From IMG/VR virus record IMGVR_UViG_3300032219_002477, positions 1 through 41,080 of that record: 41,080 nucleotides of DNA. One strand, given 5' to 3'. Both the position numbers and the translations under genes were made by a program. Under the pieces are notes generated by a model. It searched no databases and was not told the origin of the DNA. It saw only the letters and a program-made list of their open reading frames with translations. This document shows, in pieces, positions 34,736 to 41,080 of this stretch. Positions within the stretch are counted from its first letter, which is position 1. Each line of letters opens with the position of its first letter. This DNA comes from a virus (lineage: Duplodnaviria; Caudoviricetes).

Positions 34736-37416
34736 GTGACATTAAACAACTGAAAGCCGACACCAATATTGTTGATGTCGTTTCTAAATACGTGTCACTT
34801 GCAAAGAAAGGTCCTGAATATGTTGGTAACTGTCCATTTCACGAAGACAAAACAGCATCTTTTAAGGTCAACGAAAAAAAACAGATATTCAAGTGTTTTG
34901 GTTGTGGTGAAGGTGGTGACGTGTTTAATTTTCTGACTGCTCAAGGAAAATCATTAGGTGAAGCAATTCAAGAGATTGAAGACCCTTTAAATATTGAAGC
35001 GCGTCAGTATGGCGTCACTAAAAACGAATCCTTAAAAAAATCTGAAACAACAGTTTGGAATACAGTTTTCCCATTTCCTGAACTTAAAGAAATTTCACAT
35101 TACGAATACGGAACACCTCATAAGATTTGGACATACGTTGACGAAAATGGAAATGATATTTTGCACGTTTGTAGGTTTAATTTTGCAGATGGATCAAAAC
35201 AAACACTTCCATTAGTTTGGGCATCAAATGGTAAATTCAATGGTTGGCGATGGATGAAAACCAAAGGATTCAACACACTATATAATTTGGACCTATTGAA
35301 ACAATATCCACGAACGAATGTAGTTTTAGTTGAAGGAGAAAAAACAGCACAATACTTACAGGATTTAGTTACACCATCGAAATTATTATTTACAACGTGG
35401 TCAGGTGGTGCAAATGGTATTCACAATGTCGATTTTTCACCACTTACTGAAAGAAATATTATTGTTTGGCCAGACAATGACAAATCACAAAAATATGGTG
35501 ACAAGCATAAATTAGCAGGGCAAATCAAACCATGGCACGAACAACCAGGGAATGAAGCAATGTTGAAAGTTGCGTCGTTGATTCAAACGAATTGGAAACG
35601 TTGGGTAAATGTTCCTTCGCAATATCCTCACAAATGGGATGGTGCAGACGAAGATTGGATTGATGAAGATGCAGTTATTAAATTTGTTCGTGATAACATG
35701 GTTGAAATTCCAATTATCACAAAGGAAATTGAAACTGCTGTTATCGAATCCAAAGAAAAGAAATTCGTTTATGATTCAACTAAAATTTTTGAAAACGATT
35801 ATTTCCGATTCCTTGGATATGACAAAGACGAAACAGGAAAATTGAATTATTATTTTTTCGCATTTGATGCAAAATCTGTTATTCGATTGTCACCATCTTC
35901 AATGACAAAATCAAATCTAATGATGTTGGCTCCAATAAATTGGTGGGAGCAAAGTTATCCGGGAAGTAAAACGAATATCAACATTGATGCTGCGCAGCAG
36001 TTTTTAATTGGTTATTCACATACAGTAGGAATTTATTCTGCTAAATCAATTCGTGGTCGTGGTGCATGGTTTGATTCTGGAAAGGTTGTAATTCATACCG
36101 GTGAACATTTAATCGTGGATAATGAAACTGTTCCATTAATGAATTTTAGATCAAAATACGTTTATGAAGTTTCTGAAAAAATTGATTTCGCACAAACACA
36201 ACCACTTGACAGTAATACAGGAAAACAGATTCTTTCAATGATTAAAAAATTTAAGTGGGAACGCGAAGTAAATGCTTACTTACTTGCAGGGTGGTGTGTG
36301 ATTAGTCCATTTTGTGGTTTATTAACTTGGAGACCTCATGCATGGGTAAATGGTCCATCTGGTTCAGGTAAATCATGGATAATGGAAAACATCGTTAAAA
36401 AATTGATTGGAGACATCGGAGTAGTTATGCAAGGACGTTCAACTGAGGCATACATAAGAGGTAAATTAAAAAACGATGCATTACCTGTAATTTTTGATGA
36501 AAGCGATGTTGATGCAAGTTATTCAGACAAGGAACGAATGCAGAACAATTTATCACTTGTAAGAGCATCTTCCTATGGTAAAGGTGGCGTAATTGGTAAA
36601 GGAACACAAACAGGAGGTTACAAGGAATACACCATAAATTCGTGTTTTATGTTTTTCTCGATCGGAGTGCAATTAAATCAACGTGCCGATTACTCGCGTT
36701 TTTCAATGCTTGGATTGAAAGCGTTTGAAGGTTATCAAACAGATTCTGAATTTGCAACATTTATTGATAAATGGAATTCTATTGTTTCAGATGACGTGGT
36801 TAAGCAATTGCAAACACGAACAATGAGATTACTTCCGAAAATCATTAAGAACTCAAAAACGTTTTCGGATGCCGTTTCTGCTGAAATTGGTAATCGTAGA
36901 ATTGGGGATCAAGTTGGAGGAATGTTAGCAGGTGCATATTCACTTGGAAATGAAGATGAAATTTCAATGGAAAAAGCAATTGAGTTTATCAAAAAATTAT
37001 CGTGGGAAGAGGAAAAAGGATTGGAGCAAACTAAAGATGAAATTCAATTACTTAGTAAATTAATGTCGCATATTACAGCAGTTGAGGGTCAATATTCAAA
37101 ACACGATAGAACCATAGGCGAATTAATTTCGATAGTTTTAGGTACTGATTTTGAAAGTGACATTACAATTGATGCAGCAGATAAGAAATTACGTAGAATC
37201 GGAATCAGAGTTAAAAATGATGAAATTTTGATTTCCAATAGTTCGAATGAGATTTTTAAAATTATAAAAGAAACTTCGTGGTCAGAGAATTACAATAAAA
37301 TTCTTGAAAGAATTGAGGGTGCAAAGAAAATTGATTCAACGACATTTACTCCTGGACTTCGTTCACGTGCAGTTTCTATTCCTGCGTTTTTGATAATGAA
37401 GGGGATGGATTCGTAA
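34732..37416 (+). CDS. Primase-helicase fusion (CHC2 zinc finger, TOPRIM, P-loop helicase)
   Basis: CPFH...CFGC; VEGEKT...WPDND; GPSGSGKS; IFDE. Confidence 0.92.
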   Translation: MSDIKQLKADTNIVDVVSKYVSLAKKGPEYVGNCPFHEDKTASFKVNEKKQIFKCFGCGEGGDVFNFLTAQGKSLGEAIQEIEDPLNIEARQYGVTKNESLKKSETTVWNTVFPFPELKEISHYEYGTPHKIWTYVDENGNDILHVCRFNFADGSKQTLPLVWASNGKFNGWRWMKTKGFNTLYNLDLLKQYPRTNVVLVEGEKTAQYLQDLVTPSKLLFTTWSGGANGIHNVDFSPLTERNIIVWPDNDKSQKYGDKHKLAGQIKPWHEQPGNEAMLKVASLIQTNWKRWVNVPSQYPHKWDGADEDWIDEDAVIKFVRDNMVEIPIITKEIETAVIESKEKKFVYDSTKIFENDYFRFLGYDKDETGKLNYYFFAFDAKSVIRLSPSSMTKSNLMMLAPINWWEQSYPGSKTNINIDAAQQFLIGYSHTVGIYSAKSIRGRGAWFDSGKVVIHTGEHLIVDNETVPLMNFRSKYVYEVSEKIDFAQTQPLDSNTGKQILSMIKKFKWEREVNAYLLAGWCVISPFCGLLTWRPHAWVNGPSGSGKSWIMENIVKKLIGDIGVVMQGRSTEAYIRGKLKNDALPVIFDESDVDASYSDKERMQNNLSLVRASSYGKGGVIGKGTQTGGYKEYTINSCFMFFSIGVQLNQRADYSRFSMLGLKAFEGYQTDSEFATFIDKWNSIVSDDVVKQLQTRTMRLLPKIIKNSKTFSDAVSAEIGNRRIGDQVGGMLAGAYSLGNEDEISMEKAIEFIKKLSWEEEKGLEQTKDEIQLLSKLMSHITAVEGQYSKHDRTIGELISIVLGTDFESDITIDAADKKLRRIGIRVKNDEILISNSSNEIFKIIKETSWSENYNKILERIEGAKKIDSTTFTPGLRSRAVSIPAFLIMKGMDS

Positions 37417-37444
37417 TAAAAATTATTTTTTTTTTATAAAATTA

Positions 37445-37474
37445 TTGTGTATTAAAAAAAATACGTTAAATTTG
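37445..37474 (+). promoter_or_regulatory. Bacteroidota-type promoter
   Basis: TTG-N19-TAAATTTG with TATTAAAAA in the spacer. Confidence 0.65.
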
Positions 37475-37497
37475 TTACATAATTAAACCCAAAAACC

Positions 37498-37716
37498 ATG
37501 TATTCAAAAATCACAAAAATTTCAACTCTCCATTCAATTGGGGTAATTGATGACAAATTATTTAATGTTCTTGCTGACAATTCAATTTTTGATCTAAATC
37601 AAATGGAAAAAATTACAATGAGAAATTTCAGAAATATGAAAGGAATCGGAGAGAATTATTTCAAAATTGTCGTTGGATTGATGGTTGAAAGAAAATTGGA
37701 GTTTTATATTAGGTAA
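37498..37716 (+). CDS. Stand-alone RNA polymerase alpha-CTD-like protein
   Basis: FNVLADNSIFDLNQM..T...F..MKGIGE matches the alpha-CTD pattern N.L....I..I.DL...T...L...NLG by eye, without gaps. Confidence 0.7.
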   Translation: MYSKITKISTLHSIGVIDDKLFNVLADNSIFDLNQMEKITMRNFRNMKGIGENYFKIVVGLMVERKLEFYIR

Positions 37717-37720
37717 TCGA

Positions 37721-37834
37721 AATTTACTGAGTAATCAGAATTTACTGAGTAATAACCAAATTTTTAAATAACCAAAATTTTATTAAGTAAGCAGAATTTT
37801 TAAGTAAGCAGAATTTTTAAGTAAGCAGAATTTT
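37721..37834. repeat. Intergenic tandem repeats (18-bp period x2; 17-bp TAAGTAAGCAGAATTTT x3)
   Basis: Units at 37721 and 37739; 37784, 37801 and 37818. Confidence 0.9.
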
Positions 37835-37865
37835 ATATTAAGTAACCAATAAATCAAAATAAAAA

Positions 37866-39212
37866 ATGGAAACAAATCCAGAAAACACAACTGAAAACAA
37901 CGTAATTATTACCTACGAAAACGTTGAAGCACTAAACGAAAACTCATTGAAAGGATTCCTCCTTACAACTGAGCAAATGGCAGATGTTGCAATCGGTCAA
38001 ATGATTATTCAAACCATTGAAAGTGACGAAGCATTAAACCAAAAAATTGAAAGCTACAACGCATTAATGATTAAAGGAATCGAAGATATGGTTTCTTATA
38101 AAATGGTTGATGCAGCAATTAAGGACTTGAAAAAACTTCGTACATCAATTTCTAAAAGTCGACTTGAATTGACACGTCCTGCAGATGCGTACCGTGAAAA
38201 ATTAATTGAAGCTGAACGTTCCAGAGTTGAAAAATTAAAAACGTTGGAAGCTAAATTGATAGCCGACAAACAAAAAATTGACGATGCAATCAAAGCTAAA
38301 CGTGAAGCTACATTTATTGAACGTTCTCAAAAATTGCATGAAGTAGGCTACACCATTCAAAACAATCTGTTTGTTTTAGGTGCGTTTCATATTCCAAGTG
38401 ATCAATTGTCAGACATGAATGAAGATGAATTTGAACGCTACATGGAACACGGACATGACGAAATGAAACGCCGTGAAGCTGAAGCACAAGCAATCAAAGA
38501 AGCCAAAGAACAAGCCGAAAAACAAGCACAATTGTTAGAACAGGAACGTTTACAGTTGCAACAACAACGCGAGCAAATGGCTGCTGAAATGGAAGCAATG
38601 AGACAGGAACGCGCTAAGATGGCTCAAGAAATGGAGGATTTAAAACTCCAAAAACAAGCATTAGAAGAAACTTACACGAAGGTTGAATCTGAGGTGGTGG
38701 CTGAAAATAATGCACCAACATTCGAAACTTCAGAGCAGAAAAACATTAAATCGTTTTCTGAAAAAATGCAAGAATTGGAGGCGCAAGGTAAAACGTTGGT
38801 TGAGGTTACTACTGAGAAAACAACCAATAATGCGCCAACTCAACCAGAACCTGCACCAACAACGTTTATCAATCCACAAGGAGAGGAAATGCAACAGTTG
38901 AAAGATAAGGTTGCTCAGAATAAACAAACGGCTACTGACGGAACGGATAATGGAACGGTTAATGGAACTGTAAGCGGAACACAACCACAACAAAAACCTG
39001 TTGACAAAACATCCGTTTCATACACTATTGGTTTCAATGCCGTGAAATCTTCAATTTTGGAAGCATTCAAGAACCCTGACTTTAAATCCAGAGTAAATCT
39101 TATTGCAGGTGCAAAGGATAGTTTAGAGCAATCAATTCAGATTTTAAATAGTGCGACTTCGAGAGTTGAATTATTTAAAGCTATTGAGGCAATGATGCCA
39201 GTAACTGAATAA
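37866..39212 (+). CDS. Long coiled-coil phage protein (DUF1351-like N-terminus)
   Basis: LKKLRTSISKSRLEL..PA..Y; E/Q/K-rich heptads; low-complexity linker. Confidence 0.7.
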   Translation: METNPENTTENNVIITYENVEALNENSLKGFLLTTEQMADVAIGQMIIQTIESDEALNQKIESYNALMIKGIEDMVSYKMVDAAIKDLKKLRTSISKSRLELTRPADAYREKLIEAERSRVEKLKTLEAKLIADKQKIDDAIKAKREATFIERSQKLHEVGYTIQNNLFVLGAFHIPSDQLSDMNEDEFERYMEHGHDEMKRREAEAQAIKEAKEQAEKQAQLLEQERLQLQQQREQMAAEMEAMRQERAKMAQEMEDLKLQKQALEETYTKVESEVVAENNAPTFETSEQKNIKSFSEKMQELEAQGKTLVEVTTEKTTNNAPTQPEPAPTTFINPQGEEMQQLKDKVAQNKQTATDGTDNGTVNGTVSGTQPQQKPVDKTSVSYTIGFNAVKSSILEAFKNPDFKSRVNLIAGAKDSLEQSIQILNSATSRVELFKAIEAMMPVTE

Positions 39213-39233
39213 ATTATTTTTAGTATAAAACAG

Positions 39234-39265
39234 AAAAACCTGAGTTAATCGCTCAGGTTTTTTTT
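39234..39265. terminator. Bidirectional terminator
   Basis: AAAAACCTGAG-TTAATCG-CTCAGGTTTTTTTT. Confidence 0.92.
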
Positions 39266-39341
39266 GTGCTATAGGAGTCACACAAATTTTCAATCGTACA
39301 AATTATGGATGAATATCGTTTGGCAAATATAATCAAAATAA

Positions 39342-39962
39342 CTAATCTTCCAATTCATCTTCAAAATCCACTTCCATTATTTCAGAATCGTTTTCGTGTT
39401 CAACCATGGATTTGTTTTCCAATTCCTCAACACGTTCAGTCGTTTCTGGTGCATCCTGAACAACCTCAACAATCTTCGATTCCTCAAACTGTTTCACCTT
39501 ATCTTTAATTCCTTCAAATGGAAGCGGTGACATGATATTGAAATCAACGATTTTGTATTGTAAGTCTTTCATTTTTGAATAAATATCCATTTCAATTAAG
39601 TCATATAATTTCTGACTCAATGATTTTAATGTCATGGCTTTATTTATATCTCTGAACACTTGATTTTCCCTCACAATAAACACATCGTTATTCTTTCTAT
39701 TGTATGCGCTTACGTGTACTCTAAGTGATGCCAAATCAATATTATCAAACGTCACTTTCTCAAGTCCTACATTTGCAAGTTTTTCCAATACTGTTTTTCT
39801 TACAGATTGAGTTTGATAGCGTTTTGATACACGCGTCAATTCTATATAACCATTTCCAATGTGTTTTAATTGAAATTTCGACTTAGTTTCATCTGGAAGA
39901 GTTGAGTAAAACATTTCATTCACATTGGTAATTTCTCCAATTTTCATTTTTTCTAAATACAT
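39342..39962 (-). CDS. Hypothetical protein with acidic tail
   Basis: 206-aa ORF; TATATTTG box on the minus strand at 39989-39996. Confidence 0.75.
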   Translation of the reverse strand: MYLEKMKIGEITNVNEMFYSTLPDETKSKFQLKHIGNGYIELTRVSKRYQTQSVRKTVLEKLANVGLEKVTFDNIDLASLRVHVSAYNRKNNDVFIVRENQVFRDINKAMTLKSLSQKLYDLIEMDIYSKMKDLQYKIVDFNIMSPLPFEGIKDKVKQFEESKIVEVVQDAPETTERVEELENKSMVEHENDSEIMEVDFEDELED

Positions 39963-40263
39963 ACTTAAATTTTTATACGTTAATAGTGCAAATATATAAA
40001 ATAAAATTTAAACTTAGTTTTATATTTTAATGATTTATAAAACAAATCGCATAAAATATATTATAGTAGCAAATCAAAACCTAAGATTTTTAAGTTTGCA
40101 CATCTAATTATTATATAAAAATTACGTATAATATTTATATGTGCAAATCATTTTAAAATTTGAAACGTTTTATATTTTAAAAATAACATTGAAATATTTT
40201 GAAAATAATTATTTTTTTAATCGTTTTGTAAAATTTTTATATCTATAAACTTTTATTTTAATA

Positions 40264-40640
40264 TGTTGCTATTAATAAAAAATAACACTTGCAACAAAAT
40301 TCTGTTGCAAAACAACAAAAATAAATTAGCTTTGATGCACGTTAAACCCTTATACAATAAGACTTTCAGTAAATTTGCAACAAAACAACGTAAGTTTCAA
40401 GGTAGATATATATATAGACATATAAATATATACAACAAAATAAAAAGTCCTATATATCTATATATGTATATATAGTAAATATGTTGTTGTTTTGTTGCAA
40501 ATCTTTCGGAAATCCAACAGCAGTAAAGGATTCAGCAAGCAACAAAATTTTTTTTAACCGTTGCTAAATTGAAAATTCTGTTGCAAATATTTTTAAGTGT
40601 TTGTTTATCAGTACGTTAACGTGCAACAAAATTAACAACG
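40264..40640. repeat. Iteron-like GCAACAAAA / TGTTGC cluster, putative replication origin
   Basis: Multiple direct and inverted copies around a TA-alternating core in non-coding AT-rich DNA. Confidence 0.6.
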
Positions 40641-41035
40641 TGCCATTTACTCATGATTCATGGCAGATTCATAGCATACCACACCACCAAATCACAACGA
40701 CTTTCAAATCACAACGGCATCATTACCCATAATTCACAGCACCTAATACGCTGACAATTCATAACGAATACCCAAATACACCAGATTATCATTCAAAACG
40801 TAATTATCTAACAACTAAACACGTACTCACGATATATGAAATACACGCTAAATTTTAATTATGACGCATTATAACTATGTAAGTAATATAATCTATTAAC
40901 TTAATGCGTTTAACGCTATTAAATCGAATAAAAATAATATGTATTTAATTTAACTAATTACTTTTAATTATTTGTGTGTTATTTTTTGTTACTAATAACA
41001 TACTTAACCGCCACAATATGTCGTAGATAACTTAA

Positions 41036-41080
41036 AGGTACTCCGAGAGTTACGTTTGAAATGGTCAAAATATGCGAAGC
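41036..41080 (+). other. Possible cos packaging site region (cosQ-like AGGTACT)
   Basis: AGGTACT resembles lambda cosQ GGGTCCT; head genes are lambda-type; terminase is absent from the window. Confidence 0.35.

Larger units (their letters stand above)
1..41080. mobile_element. Tailed bacteriophage or prophage, partial genome: Mu-like contractile tail, lambda-like head, probable Bacteroidota host
   Basis: Contiguous sheath, tube, tape measure, baseplate, portal, protease, capsid, lysis and replication modules; no host housekeeping genes; many TAnnTTTG boxes. Confidence 0.95.

Noticed and set aside
3767-38993. Numerous short overlapping ORFs in the track (for example 3767-4147, 7145-7570, 12596-12985, 17950-18366, 23593-23955, 31174-31494)
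   Set aside because: They lie inside well-supported genes, mostly antisense, and show no recognisable motifs
39305-39508. Plus-strand 67-aa ORF
   Set aside because: Downstream of a terminator and antisense to the 206-aa gene
40263-40475. 70-aa ORF in the right-hand region
   Set aside because: Low-complexity translation of the iteron and TA-repeat DNA

Overview
The window is most of a tailed-phage (or prophage) genome: AT-rich, with a contractile tail and a probable Bacteroidota (Flavobacteriia-like) host, inferred from repeated TAnnTTTG -7 promoter boxes and A-rich leaders without Shine-Dalgarno sites. From left to right: (1) a leftward accessory operon (membrane protein, GT-A glycosyltransferase, AsnB-family amidotransferase) and a truncated 20-aa-repeat LRR-like gene missed by the ORF track; (2) Mu-like tail and baseplate genes, with a -1 frameshifted tail chaperone; (3) lambda-like head genes (gpW-like, portal, ClpP protease/scaffold, decoration protein, major capsid) interrupted by two antisense cassettes; (4) neck and fibre genes; (5) dispersed lysis genes around a nonsense-split PAPS-reductase-like gene; (6) RecE/RecT, SSB, SF2 helicase, VRR-NUC, primase-helicase and a stand-alone RNAP alpha-CTD-like protein; (7) an iteron-rich putative origin and a cosQ-like motif at the right edge. 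No terminase, integrase, DNA polymerase, tRNA or CRISPR was seen. The strongest novelty candidate is a virion-glycosylation module: the glycosyltransferase's N-terminal domain aligns ungapped with the phage's own FI-position head protein, it is paired with an amidotransferase, and its promoter region shares an operator with the head operon. Other candidates are a membrane-hairpin leader on the major capsid protein, a relay of repeat-encoded mini-ORFs, and a small RNA complementary to early-gene leaders. All calls come from reading motifs by eye; no searches were run.
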